Positions 1-14,741 of a stretch of 64,000 bases of DNA are shown here, piece after piece. The position numbers and the translations under genes were made by a program. The notes beneath the pieces were generated by a model. That model ran no database searches, had not been told where the DNA came from, and was given only the letters and a program-made list of their open reading frames with translations. Each line of letters opens with the position of its first letter. Positions within the stretch are counted from its first letter, which is position 1. The DNA is from Dictyostelium discoideum. Its lineage: Eukaryota. The stretch lies in NCBI GenBank assembly GCA_000004695.1, contig CM000151.3:2496001-2560000 (forward strand), read 5' to 3'.

Positions 1-259
1 TCGTGTTTTTATTGTTTGTATATATTTACTACTGAGGTTGAATTGGAAACCTAGTTTCCTTTTATAGTCCTTAGATTTGAGCGAACTCAAATCTATTAAC
101 TACTCCAACCTCGGCCGATAGGGTTAGATCCAATTTAAACTACAATATTATATTATTTTAATTTAATTATTATTTTATATGGTGATTTTGTGTGTGGCAT
201 TTTTAATATCTGGTATCTAATATCTGTTATGAAAACTTTTGTGAAATTCAAATTAATTT

Positions 260-301
<42 letters not shown>

Positions 302-1330
302 AAAATTAAATTTAATTTTAAAATTAAATTACAACGGGAGAAAACCCCTTTAAACAAAACAATAAAATAAATTATTATTATTTTCTGAATTGTATGTGTC
401 ATAACAAAATGTTGAAACAAAACTATATTCTAAATTATTATTATTTATTTTTGAATTATTGTTTAGTTGTGTTTAGTGAGTTTATTATATAAAATGAAAC
501 AATTTATTAAAATGAATTAAGTTAGTAATAATTAATATTGAATTATCAATTCAATATTAATAGTTATTTTTTAAATGTTCTGTTTAGAACATTTCATAAA
601 ATTAAATAAATATTAGTATTAACAAGATATTTTTTTGAGATCTTGTTACAATTACTATTAATTTTATTAAAAACTTATTAATATTAACAATGTAATTTAA
701 TAATTAAATTTTGTTTATATTTTTTTTTTTATTAAACTTTGTTTATATTTTTTTTTTTTTTTTTACTTGGGCTGGTTGTTGATTCTAACAAGCAATGTCG
801 CCAAATGTAATAGCCTACTTTGGTTATAATCTACAGAGATGACCATTATATCAAAAGGGAATATTCGATCCTTTTTCTATAGAATGACCTTATCTAATTC
901 TGACTTTATCACATCTCCTAATTATGCCAATAGCTATTGAATACAAAATGTAAAGCTGCAGTGAATATAACTAATTTTAATTTATTTATTTATATGGTAT
1001 TTATTTAGTTTAATTTAATTTTTAGTTTTATTTATTTATTTATTTATTTATACAATTTTTAATTTATTTTAATAGAATTTTAAATAAAATTTAATTTTGT
1101 ACTGAAATTTTTGTAATATTATTTAGATATTAATTTTAGATTTTTATAATTATGTTAATCGGTTTTTGTAATATGTAAATTGATAATTGAGTTTTTATGA
1201 ATACAGAGTTTGAATAAATATCAAACTGTAAATTATTAATTTAGTGATTTTGAAAGAAGAGATTTGATTAATATTTGTAAATTGTTGAAATTTAATAATT
1301 ATTTCTTTTGAATATTAAATTAAATAATTA

Positions 1331-2115
1331 TTTTTTTTTTGAATTGGATAACGCAATTTTGAATGTATTATTACTTTTGATTAAAACATCTTTTTTGTCC
1401 AAATTTTTTTCTAAATCTTTTTTTATATTTTTTTTTTTTTTTTTTTTTTTTCATTTATAGAGAGTACTGAGTGAATTATTGTATTTTTTGAGATGTTTGG
1501 GAAGTGCTATTGCGTGAAGAGGTGAGTTCCATTGTCTGTTAAATTGTAATAACTTTAGAGATTAATGAGTCTAATTTATTTTGTTCTTCTGGCCATTGCT
1601 TTGATTTGATTCTTAATGTTTTGTTTATAACCGCTTGTGTCCTATCCCATGCAACTCTTTGTGTTTTAATTAGTTCACGTATGACTTGTTGTCTATGAAT
1701 TACTATTTCTATTTCATCGTGGATGAGTTTGTTTCTTTTGTGCCAAATTTTTTCGAATATAATAGCTATTAAATTGGATATTAGTGCAATTTGTAGATGG
1801 TTTAAAATCTTAACATTCCAGGTGTGTCCACACTTGGTTAATGTGTAGTTGAAGATTTCTTGTGTGTTTTTGATGTGGGCTTTGCAGTTGAAGAATATAT
1901 GTTCTGAAGTCTCATCTTCCCCATACTGTTGGCATGGCATGTTGTATATTTTTGGTAGTGCTTTCTGTGTGTATCTCCATAATAGGTCTCTACCTTCCAT
2001 GTTTATTATTTTTTTAATTTCTTTAAATGGAAGGTGTTTGCTATTCATTTTGATCATTATTTCTTTTTGGCCAGGAGTTAATTTTGGATGGTGTTCATAT
2101 AAATAAAATAATTAA
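1331..2115 (-). mobile_element. 5'-truncated TRE5-type (TRE5-A-like) non-LTR retrotransposon copy: ORF2 C-terminal fragment, internal oligo(A), C-module and terminal oligo(A). Truncated end lies ~35-50 bp upstream of the tRNA-Glu gene
   Basis: Minus-strand ORF 1539-2057 has a Cys/His-rich tail similar to the ORF fragments at 19855-20152 and 17586-17909. Oligo(T) at 1430-1452 and 1331-1340 on the + strand equals oligo(A) of the element. 1341-1358 gaattggataacgcaatt is the reverse complement of the C-module terminus seen at 11421-11438 and 20168-20185. Position and orientation (5' end facing the tRNA, ~48 bp upstream) match established TRE5 behaviour. Confidence 0.6.
1539..2057 (-). pseudogene. 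TRE5 ORF2 C-terminal fragment (172 aa ORF, not a host gene)
   Basis: FEKIWHKRNKLIHDE...AWDRTQ aligns with ESIWYRRNQIKFND...AEWDRTR of the 19855 fragment. The open frame runs on to ~2115 with no ATG. Confidence 0.55.
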
Positions 2116-2148
2116 ATTTTCTTGTTTAATCAAATATTTCCATATAAT

Positions 2149-2220
2149 TCCTCATTGGTGTAGTCGGTAACACTCTAGTCTTTCACACTGGTACCTCGGG
2201 TTCGATTCCCGAATGGGGAG
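2149..2220 (+). tRNA. tRNA-Glu (anticodon UUC)
   Basis: Cloverleaf read by hand: acceptor TCCTCAT/ATGGGGA (one G-U), D-stem GTGT/ACAC, anticodon stem CTAGT/ACTGG with loop CTTTCAC (TTC), T-arm TCGGG-TTCGATT-CCCGA, discriminator G. Followed directly by a T8 pol III terminator. Confidence 0.8.
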
Positions 2221-2248
2221 TTTTTTTTACTAAAATTGATATTTTTAC

Positions 2249-2350
2249 GAAGTTCGGTTAAAACCGAAATACACCGCTTTTAGGTAAAAAAAAAAAAACG
2301 GTTAAAACCGAAAATATACACCGCTTTTAGGTAAAAAAAAAAAGTTAAAA
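2249..2350 (+). repeat. ~45-bp tandem repeat, 2.5 copies (GGTTAAAACCGAAA(A)TA(TA)CACCGCTTTTAGGTAAAAAAAAAAA), 30-130 bp downstream of tRNA-Glu. The first unit begins AGTTCGGTT, a possible degenerate external B-box
   Basis: Direct repeat visible in the sequence. An ex-B box within ~100 bp downstream is an established feature of many Dictyostelium tRNA genes, but the match to GGTTCGANTCC here is weak. Confidence 0.45.
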
Positions 2351-2758
2351 CCGAAAATATAAAAATAAAAATAAACAGTTTTTCGTTTTTACAATTTTCA
2401 TAACAATAATAAACTCTTTATTTGTTGTAATTATTATCTCTTTCTTAACATATATTTTATTTATATATTTATATTGCATAACTTATAAATTCAACATTTT
2501 GTAAGGTTTTTCGCAAGTTACTAAACTTCAATTTGATTTATATATATTTATCTATAAATTTAACAATTTGATTTAATTTTAAAGATTAATAATTTAAATA
2601 TTCATTTTTCAACAAAACAAATTCAAATTGTGGAATTTTCATAAACCATTGTTTTGAAAAAAAAAAAAAAAAAAAAAAAATGGTTTGGGAGATATTATTA
2701 AAAAATGTTGCGATATGGCGATGAAAATGTTTTTATGACATTGAGAATAATAAGAATT

Positions 2759-2797
<39 letters not shown>

Positions 2798-2826
2798 AAA
2801 TTAACAATTTTTTAAATGACCACAAA

Positions 2827-3377
2827 ATGATAACCGACAATATTAACAATAATAGTAATAATAATAATAAAATTATAAAATTACCATTATATATTCAAAA
2901 ATATATAATTAAAATATTATGTAAACATATTGATAGAAATAATAAATTAATTGATTTCATTAAAATTGAAGATATTGATTATAGAGATAATGAAAAGTTA
3001 ATTAAAGAATTAATGATTTCATTGGCATTAGTGAATCATGATTGGTTTAAAACATTATCAAATAATTTAACAGTTTCAATTGATTTTAATTATAATTTAG
3101 ATTTTGAAAAAAATTTTAATAATAATAATAATAATAATAATACTACCACCGAAATAATGACAACAAAAATAAAAACATCAGAATCAAAAGATTTTATTGA
3201 AAGAATTGGAAAATTTTCAATTATAAAAAAAGAAAATGTAAAAACATTAAAATTACATTTTGATCATACAGATGAATTATTTTATTATAAAAATAAAAAA
3301 GATGGTATTAAAGTTTGTTTTGATTTTAATTTAGCAAATAAAGGTATTGAAAAATTAGTTAATTATCAACAACAACT

Positions 3378-3408
<31 letters not shown>

Positions 3409-3752
3409 AATAATAAAGAAAATATAATATTTAAAAAATTTATAGTTAGAAACATTAATTTAAAAAATAGTCAAATTTTAGATATTATAAATTCTCTTTA
3501 TCAAAGTAATAGTACAATGATTAATTTAAAATTATATAAAATTAATTTTAAAAGATTTCAAACCGTTGAATCAATTGAAGAATTTGGAAAAAGAGTTCAA
3601 AAAGTATTATCAATTTCTACTGAATATTGTCCATCAAAAGAAGTTTTATTTAAATCATTAGATATTTGGTCAAAAAATTTAGATTTTTTAGTTATTAATG
3701 GTGAGAGTGATATTGATGGTATACCAATAATTAAATTATTATCTTATTCAAT

Positions 3753-3795
<43 letters not shown>

Positions 3796-4566
3796 AAACA
3801 ACAACAACAACAAAAAGAAAAAGAAAAAGAAAAAGAAAAAGAAGAAGAAAAAAAAGAAGATAATTTAAAATATTATTTATCAAATTTATCACATTTTGAA
3901 AATTTATATTCAACATTTTCATTGGGTGATTTAAATTCATTATTTAAAACATTTAGAAATTTAAAATTATTTTCAATTAATTTTTGTTATGATAATTTAA
4001 TTTATTTATTATCAAATAATGTTGAAAGAAGAGAATTGGGTTTAGGATGTAGTTGTGATAGTTTTTTAGATGGTAGTGGTGGTAGTTTAGGTTTATTAGT
4101 AGAGAATAAAACTTTTTCAAATAACTGGCAAGTTTTTAAACAATTATTTAAAGAGAACAAAACAATGAAAAAAGTTACATTTAATCATTGGTGCCGAGTT
4201 AGAGGTGGAATTTTAAAATTCCCAAAAAATAAAAAAACTCCAACTTCATTTAATAAAGAGATTGGTTCATTAATTTCATCAAATAAATCAATTTCAACAT
4301 TTTTAATGTGGAGTTCAACAACTACTCAAGTGATTGAAGAAATACTCTTGAGTGGTAATAAAACGATTACACATTTTGAAACAGGTGCAATTAATAGTAC
4401 TTGTGATTTTGATAAATATTTATTGGATTTAAATCGTTTAATTAATGAATATCAACATATTAAAAGTTTTGATTTCATTAAAAATACTTATATTTTTTCA
4501 AAAAATTCTTATCAAAATGAAAAATTAAAAGTTTTTAAAAGAGAAATTAAATTAAATCAAAATTAA
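2827..4566 (+). CDS. Hypothetical Dictyostelium-specific protein (579 aa) with poly-N/poly-Q tracts. Upstream member of a tandem paralog pair. N-terminal LPLYIQKYIIKIL motif is F-box-like
   Basis: Intact ATG-to-stop ORF. N-terminal ~100 aa and C-terminal ~190 aa (KTMKKVTFNHWCRVRGGILKFPK...LMWSSTTTQVIEEIL...YLLDLNRLI) are strongly conserved with ORF 6953-9253. Confidence 0.7.
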
Positions 4567-5458
4567 ATAAATAATAATTAAAAAATAAATAAATAAAAAA
4601 AAAAGTAATAATAATAATAAAAATAATTAGTTTTCAAAATTTTAAAAATAATAAAAAATCCAATTCCCATAAAAGTATTATTTCTAATTGATAACGTTGT
4701 GAAATTTCAAAACAATTAAACTTTAAAAATTTAATTAAATTTTGGATTATTTATTTTGTTTTTGTTTTTTTTTTTTTTTTTGTTTTTTGTTTTTGGTTTT
4801 TTATTTTTTTGTTTTTTCTTTTTTCTTTTTTGTTTAATTATTTATTTTATTTTATTTTATTTTGTTTATGTTTTTGTTTATATTTGTTTTTATTTGTTTT
4901 TATTTGTTTTATTTGTTTTATTTTGATTTTGTTTGGGATTTTGTTTGGGATCATCCAACACAATCAGAAACACTGATTTCATAAAAATATAGTTCTTTAA
5001 ACTTTGATTTTTTAATTTTAGTTTTATACCAACCAACCCATAATATTAATTAATATTAGTAAAACTAATTATTTTTATTATTATTATAATTATTAGAATA
5101 AAAAGTATTTTAATTATTTACCTTGATTGAAAATTAAATAATTCCCATATTTTATTCTGTGTTTAATGATTTATAAAAAAGTTTTTTTTTTAAAAATTTA
5201 ATTAAGAAATATATTATTTAGTGAAACAGCTGTTTAATATACAATCTACCTTTCAACAATGCCCGAGAATGAAAAGATATATCTTAAAAAAGAATAAAAT
5301 CCTTTGATTCTCTGGCAATTGGATTAGTACCGATTCATACTAAATAAACTAATAACCAAACAAATATTTATTAAAAAAATAAAAAAATCCACATTTACAT
5401 AAAACAACCTATTTCTAAAAAAAGTTATTTAAAAAAATTAATTATTGTTTGTTTGGTT

Positions 5459-5510
<52 letters not shown>

Positions 5511-6081
5511 ATAATAATTACCTCTTTAATTTTGTCAAAGAATAAATTATATAAAAAATTATTTAAATAATTTTTTTTTTTTTTTAATAACAATTTTATT
5601 GTTTTTTTAAGTATATTTTTTTTTTTTTTTTTTTTTTTATATAATTATAAGTTATAAGTTATAACTTTGTCTTTTTTGAATGAAATAAAAAAAAAAAAAA
5701 ATTACTTTTTATACTAAAAATAAAATAGAATTTTTCTATTAAAAGACTACACCGATTTGGAGAAACCAAAAAAAGTAAAAAATTTCTGATCTGATTGCAT
5801 AAAAAAAAAAAAAAAAAAAAAATAATTTTAATTTTTTTTTCCCGATTAGACAAGTCCCCTAAAAAAAATCACTTTTAATTATTTCCAAAATAAAAATTAA
5901 TTTAAAAAATAGTGATAAAAATTATATTTTATTTTATTTTTATTTTTTTTTTTAATTTATTTTAATCTGATTGTATGAAAAAAAAAAAGTTATAAAATAA
6001 AAGAGAAATTAAAAAATAATTTCACCCTAAAAACAGCATGCTGAAAATAATATGGTAATTTTGTGACAAATATTTGATGAT

Positions 6082-6350
6082 ATCATTTTGTGTATTTTTT
6101 TTTTTTTTTGAGTACTCTATTTATCTATACTAAATTCATATTAAAAAATAGATAAAATTAAATCAGTTATTATTGATAAAAAAAATTTCAAAAAAAAAAA
6201 AAATAATTTTGAAAGTATTGAAAATGAATGATAATTTTTTAAAAAATAAAAAAAAAAAAATTCAAAAAACAGAATGATTACATTCATTTTTTTTTAATTT
6301 TATATCATTTTGTGTATTTTTGAGTGCTCTATTTATCTATACTTAATTTA
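6082..6350 (+). repeat. Two copies of a ~55-bp direct repeat (ATCATTTTGTGTATTTTT...GAGTRCTCTATTTATCTATACT) 215 bp apart, upstream of gene 6953
   Basis: Seen at 6082-6140 and 6298-6350. Confidence 0.5.
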
Positions 6351-6581
6351 TATAAATTATTAATAAATTTAAATTATTGTTTGAAAAAAAAAAAAAAAAT
6401 GAAAAATAAAATTTATTTAAATAAATTTTAATTAAAAATTTTTTTTTTTTTTTTTTTGGTGTCTGGTTTGAATGTTACCAATATTTTTTTTTTTTTTTTT
6501 TTTTTAGATTGTTTTTATTAATAATAACCGATTAAATTTTATTGTTATGGTTGGATTATTAATAATAATAAAAAAACCTTT

Positions 6582-6628
<47 letters not shown>

Positions 6629-6819
6629 AAAAAATAAATATCTTCTTTATCAAAAAAAAAAAAAGTAAATCTCATATCATGGAATATTTTTTTTTTTTTT
6701 GAAATTTTTAGCCTTTTTCAAAGATGGTTTTAACTGTTTTTTTATTAAAATTTTTTTTATTTTTTTTTTATTTTTTTTTTTTTTTTTTTTTTGAACCAAA
6801 TTAATTACTAGAATCCTTA

Positions 6820-6869
<50 letters not shown>

Positions 6870-6952
6870 TTTTATACCAAAAAAAAAAAAAAAAACCAAA
6901 AACTGGTATTATATATTTACACAACACAACACACTCACTCACAAATATTATA

Positions 6953-9253
<2,301 letters not shown>

Positions 9254-9290
9254 AATAAATAAAATTATACAATAAATGTAATAATTAATG

Positions 9291-9333
<43 letters not shown>

Positions 9334-10025
9334 AATTTGTTGTTTGGTTTTATATTTTTACTTAAAGTATAAATTTAAAATATATTATATATTAAATATT
9401 TAATTTAATTTTTATTATTAATATTTTCTTTTTTTTTTATATTTAATATGATATATTTATATATAAATTTATTTTTATTATTAATGTAAACTATATAATA
9501 TATATATTAACATTGGTTTAGAGGTAATCCATCTTCAATTGAGATTGATTATGGAAAAAGGTTAATTTACAAAATAAAATTGAACAATTTGATGATTTAA
9601 AAAGGTAATTTGTGTATCACGAATAAACTATTTGGGAGGGCTAAGCTAGGAAAGAAGTAATTTAAGGCAAAATGAATTTTATTGCTTGTAGTTATTATTT
9701 TTATTTTTTTTTTATTTAATATCGATATATTAAGATTTATTTGTTATGTTGGAGCGTCAGCACATTAAACTCAAAATAATAACTTTATAAAGAATATACA
9801 AAATAAACTAATTTACAAATGAAAAATGTAAATGAATAAATATAATAAATGAAAATGAATTTAATAATATAAATAATTATTGTAACAAAGAACTACTGCA
9901 TACCTTACAAATTGTAATGAATCTCGTATTCTAACTTTATGGAATACTTATATTATTTTGGATATATCAATAAACGATGTGTGACCCTTGAATAATTAAT
10001 AATAATTTATATAATCTATAGATAT

Positions 10026-10160
10026 CACATCTTAATGAAACGTGGTTATTCCAGGTTAATGAGTGGATAGCAATTGAACGAGCATCAATAGGGGTATCAA
10101 AGAAATGATTAACAACAGTGATACGATCAGTTACACCAGTAATAGCAGCACCATGACCTT
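10026..10160 (-). pseudogene. Discoidin I pseudogene fragment (~135 bp internal piece of the H-type lectin-domain coding region)
   Basis: ~90% identical at nucleotide level to 14292-14428 and 15777-15913 of the two intact discoidin I genes. Homology stops abruptly on both sides. Confidence 0.75.
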
Positions 10161-10169
10161 GTGAATATT

Positions 10170-10335
10170 GTTAATAATGACAGTTGACAATCCTCCCATG
10201 CCAATATTGTTAATAATGTCAGCTAAACTACCCCTTGCGAACAATGTTAATAATGTCAGCTGACCAACCTCCCTTGCGAACAATGTTAATAATGTCAGCT
10301 GACCAACCTCCCATGCAAATATCGCAAATTATGTC
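10170..10335 (+). repeat. ~40-bp tandem repeat array, ~4.5 copies (GAACAATGTTAATAATGTCAGCTGACCAACCTCCCWTGC), immediately after the discoidin pseudogene fragment
   Basis: Direct repeats visible in the sequence. Confidence 0.65.
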
Positions 10336-10872
10336 AGTTGACCCAACCACATTGATTACTATTCATTCAGTGTAAAGTGGATGCAAGGACATGCACAACT
10401 AATACTAACATACAGTAGTATCACACAATATAAAGTTTAACCAGATTCTTTAGATTAGCTACTCAAAAATGAGCACATATAATGTGTATGATTTTTATTA
10501 TTATTATTTATTTGATATTAATTAATTATTTACTTGATCTAGATGTAGATATTTTAGTAATAATAGGTGTTAATTCGGATTTTTTTTAAATTTGTATTTC
10601 TGCATGCAATATTATGTGTGAGTTTCAAAAAAAAAAAAAAAAATAAAAAAAAAAAAAAAATAAATAAAATTTTAAAAACCTTAATAATATAATGTTAATA
10701 TATAAAAAAATGAAATTATAGATCAAATAAATAAATGTTATTCGTAAATAGTAAAAACTCAAATAAATTCCTACCAATTTAATGTGGTTGACCTCATTCT
10801 TTTTTTAATTTTATTTAACCTTATTAGGTAAATTTCAGGGAAATCTAGATATTTAAATGGATAAAAAGAATG

Positions 10873-10951
10873 TGAGAGATGCGGGGTTCGAACCCGCGAC
10901 CCCGGAGGATAGAGCCTAAATCTATTGTCTTAACCACTCGACCAATCTCCC
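10873..10951 (-). tRNA. tRNA-Leu (anticodon UAG), long variable arm
   Basis: Reverse complement folds: acceptor GGGAGAT/ATCTCTC (one G-U), D-arm GTC-GAGTGGTTAA-GAC, anticodon arm ATAGA-TTTAGGC-TCTAT (TAG), 11-nt variable arm, T-arm GCGGG-TTCGAAC-CCCGC, discriminator A. T5 terminator just downstream on its own strand. Confidence 0.75.
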
Positions 10952-10997
10952 GTGCATATGTTTAAAATTTTTTCACCAAACTCCTGTGCATATGTTT

Positions 10998-11451
10998 AAA
11001 AAAAAAAAACCTGGAACCCAAGTTAATCAGAAAATTTCCAGATTTTTAACTTTTTAAAGAAAAATAAAAAAAATAGAAAGAAAATAAAATGAAAATCACA
11101 AACAACACCACAAATATTAAGCAACACAAATGCCTACAAAAAATAAGCGAAATTGTGGATAAAACTCAATTAAAAAAAAAACAATTCAAATACGTCATAA
11201 ACATCAATCACGAACCAGACGATAAAATAAAAAAAGATTTAGAAAAAAGTTTGGACAAAAAAGATGTTTTAATCAAAAGTAATAATACAATTCAAAATTC
11301 GAAACAAAAAAAAAAAAAAAAAAAAAAAGTAAACCAACCCCTCTTTTAGAGACCCTGTAAAAAAAAAAAAAAATAAAATAAAATGAGATCTAGCATCTCA
11401 AGGAGAAGCAAATAATAATTGCGTTATCCAATTCAAAAAAAAAAAAAAAAA
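10998..11451 (+). mobile_element. Severely 5'-truncated TRE5-A-like element (C-module region plus oligo(A) tails) inserted ~47 bp upstream of tRNA-Leu, 5' end facing the tRNA, flanked by a TSD CTGTGCATATGTTTAAAA
   Basis: TSD copies at 10982-10997 and 11456-11473, with a third copy of the same motif at 10952-10968. 11320-11450 is the reverse complement of 20168-20278. 11200-11290 matches the reverse complement of 1345-1430. ORF-track entry 11089-11349 lies inside this non-coding module. Confidence 0.65.
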
Positions 11452-12589
11452 AAACTGTGCATATGTTTAAAATTTATCATGTAATGTTTATAATTTATCA
11501 TGTGATGCTTATAATTTTTTTGCTTTTAAAATCAATTATTCAAAATATTTTCTATGACCTTGTATTATATTTGGTGTTAATGCTGAATTATCTAGTGATT
11601 GGTATAAATCAAGAATTTCATTCTTTAATAATAATGTGTACATATAATCACCAACTCCAAACTCTATAAACAGAAGAACAATACTACATGTACATGTTCA
11701 GGTATAAACACATTAGCCGTCTCAACTGATCCACCATGGCCTCAAATAACTTCGGTTTACATTTTTGATTCACTGTTTACTTTATTAAGTCATGAATTTC
11801 TTTATTTTTTACTTTTTTTTTCTAAAAAATATAGTCATTTATTAAGTTAATTTGAGCAGTATAGTGATAAATTGAAAAATAAACTCTGTAGTTTTTCTTA
11901 AGTGTCCAAAACATACATAAAATAGTTTTTATTGAAGTGGTTATTTAGGTGCTTCACTTGATGAAGGTAATCAAACTGCATAGAATGATTTGATGGTTAA
12001 ATGTTCAGATATGGCTTGTCGTGAAGCACTTAAAGAAGTTTCAAGAATGAAAATAATCATAATATTAAAAATTATAATATAAAATAAATTTCTCGTGTGT
12101 CGAGTATTTTCTTATGTTAATTTTATTTGCACAAAATTAATAAATAAAATAAAAGTAGTGTATATGAAAATAAGAAAAAAAAAAGTTTTAGAGCAAAAAA
12201 AGAAAAAGAAAAAAACAAATAATTCCAAAATTAGAGTACTTTTTAAAAATTATTTAATTATTTATTTATTTATTTATTTATTAATTAATTTATTTTTTAA
12301 TTTATTGATTTATTGATTTATTAATTTATTATGATTATTTACATTTTTGTAACTTTAATAGCTTAACGTCATGTCATTTCTAAATATTTAATCTTTTCTA
12401 ATTCTTTGCAGCTTGTTTACCTTTACCAGGTGAAGCTCCGAAATTACTAACAGAAGCATCGTAAAAAAAGCCACAGCTTTACCAATCCATTCTTTACTAA
12501 GTAATTGAGGGAATACACCAAAAAAAGAATGATTGACTTATACCACTATAAAGTAATGGTCACCAGTAATCGAATTGGTCTATCTTTAA

Positions 12590-12720
12590 ATATAAAACTT
12601 ACACTCTTTTTTTATTTGAACTATTGTCTGTATCTTTAGTTTTTCTTTTACCTGTTGTTGTTGTTGTTGTTGTATCATCTTGTTCCTATCTCCTGATGAT
12701 GGTTCATATTAATACTTAGT
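12590..12720 (-). pseudogene. Pseudo-copy of part of exon 1 of the BCNT-like gene (matches 57020-57130), embedded in a block of gene-fragment debris (11700-12900)
   Basis: TACACTCTTTTTTTATTTGAAC.ATT.TCTG.ATCTTTAGTTTTTCTTTTAC.TGTTGTTG...TCTCCTGATGATGGTTCATA shared between 12590-12720 and 57020-57130 with a few substitutions and indels. Confidence 0.55.
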
Positions 12721-13804
12721 TTGATTCTCTGCTATTTGTCCTTTACCATTAACTTTTGCTGGTTTACCCAATGTTGCAAATCCCAATATCGATAATGATC
12801 ACCTAAAAATAAAACTTCATTTGCTAAACCTGCTATATCAATTATTGCCGCTGTACCTAAATTACCAACAATGATACCCCTAAAAATATTAAAAACCAAA
12901 CTCCATTTGCTAAACCTGCTTTATAGATTAACTCAAAAAATTTATTTATTTTTTTATTTGTTTATTTATTTATTTATTTTTTTATTAACCAAAAAAAAAA
13001 GTAAAAAAAAAAAAGAAAAAAAAAAAAAAAGAAAAAAATAAATAAAAAAATGAAATTAAAAATTAGTAAGGGATGTAAAAATTTCAGTGGTGAAAAGTAA
13101 TTTTATGAGGTGCTGGTGTATGTTCGTTGCCTTTTTTTTTATTTTTTTTTACTTTTATTTTTTTATTTCATATAAAAATTAGTTTTGAAAAAAAAAAAGA
13201 AAAAAATAAATTAAAAAAATAATTATTTTATTTCTGTGTGATTATTTTTTTTTTTTTCTTTGTAGAGGGTACAATTTCAAAAATAAATATATTGTTTTTC
13301 TGAGTCCATAAATTTCCTATTACACTAATATTTTTATTTTTTTTTTATCATTATTGTTTTATTTTTTTTATTTTAAGAGTGACCCATTATATTGATTCCT
13401 TTTGAAAACATTTTAATTTATTTATTTATTTGAATTTAAAAAAAAAATTTAAAATATATAGATATTTGGTTAAGAGAATTAAAAAAAAAAAAATTGAAAA
13501 AATTAAAAAAAGTGTTTGGGAATTAAAAAAAAAAATAAAATGGAAAATGAAAAAAAATGAAAAAACGAAAATTAATTTTAATTATTTATTGCTGTAAATA
13601 AAAAATTTATGGAAAAAATAAATATTATAATTCACCTTAAAAAAAAAAAAAAAAAAATTTATGACATTAGTTTTTATGGGTGTATCATGTTTTTTTTTTT
13701 TATTTTTTTTGAATACTGTTAGAATAATTATATAATCTGGTCTATTGATCAAAAAATAAAATAAAAAAAGATAATTATTTTTGATTAATATAAATATGTT
13801 TAAC

Positions 13805-13861
<57 letters not shown>

Positions 13862-13979
13862 AAAGCTTTTTGTTTTATAATAAAAAAAAATAAAATTAAA
13901 TTTTATTTGTTTTTATTTTTTTTTAAAATTGATTAATAATTAAATTACAATTTTAATAATTTTTTAAAAAATTATTTGT

Positions 13980-14741
13980 TTATTCTAAAGCGGTGGCAAT
14001 GTAATCAGCTCTTAATGAATAGACTTTGTTTTCATTCCAAGTGTAGAAAACACAATCAAAACCTTTGGTGGTAATGTTTCTTGGTTGAACACCAATACGA
14101 GTTTGATTGGTAGCATCAGTACAATCGATTTGATCAAAGTTGAGGGCAACCTTTGGGAGAGTAGCAAATTCAAATTGGAATTTAACTGGGACAACAACTT
14201 CACGTTTACCTGAACCGGTATTTAAGGCACAGTTATCGCCAGTGTAAATATCTGCACCAACTTGAGTGACTGAGCTTTGTACTGGTTGAGTGTAGAATTC
14301 ACATCTTAATGAAATGTGGTTATTCCAGGTTAATGGGTGGATAGCAATTGAACGAGCTCTAATTGGAGTATCAAAGAAATGATTAACAACAGTGTTACGA
14401 TCAGTTACACCAGTAATAGCAGCACCATTACGATATTCAGACCAGGTAACATTATCTAATGAATAACGGATTTTGTATGATGTAACCCATTGATCATGAT
14501 CACCACGACCTTGGAGAGCAACACACATAAAAGTACGTGGAACTTCACAACCAGCAACAATGTATTGGTTAGTATCTACGATTGATGAACACCAAGCTTC
14601 TGAACCATCAATAGTATTGGTACCTTTGTTTTTATAGTTTAAAGCAGCATTAAATTGAGTGTGGACACCATTGTAATTGGTTGAGGTTCTTAAATGACAT
14701 TGAGCATTTCCGAGAAGTGTAACTAAACCTTGGGTAGACAT
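13980..14741 (-). CDS. Discoidin I (253 aa; N-terminal discoidin/F5-8 type C domain plus C-terminal H-type lectin domain), intact, intronless
   Basis: Protein [29 protein letters not shown]...[10 protein letters not shown] recognised as discoidin I from memory. Complete ATG..TAA. Confidence 0.9.

Noticed and set aside
1-130. Possible tRNA or element end at the window start (contains GGAAACCTAGTTTCC palindrome and TCCAACCTCGGCCGATAGGG)
   Set aside because: It does not fold into a tRNA cloverleaf by hand and is too short and truncated to assign.
2140-2230. Alternative anticodon assignment for the 2149-2220 tRNA
   Set aside because: Only the CTTTCAC loop placement gives a 5-bp anticodon stem together with canonical D and T arms. 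Other registers break the cloverleaf.
10170-10335. 40-bp direct repeat array considered as a CRISPR-like array
   Set aside because: Eukaryotic genome. Repeats are contiguous without unique spacers. No cas genes. It is a plain tandem minisatellite.
11089-11349. ORF 11089-11349 (86 aa) as a host gene
   Set aside because: It lies wholly inside the TRE5 C-module region. The same nucleotide sequence recurs as non-coding element tail at 1345-1430 (reverse complement) and ends in oligo(A).
13811-13856. Long homopolymer tracts (for example A46 at 13811-13856, T45 at 5461-5506, A59 at 25362-25420) as special features
   Set aside because: Poly(dA)/poly(dT) runs of this size are ubiquitous in Dictyostelium intergenic DNA and at retroelement tails.
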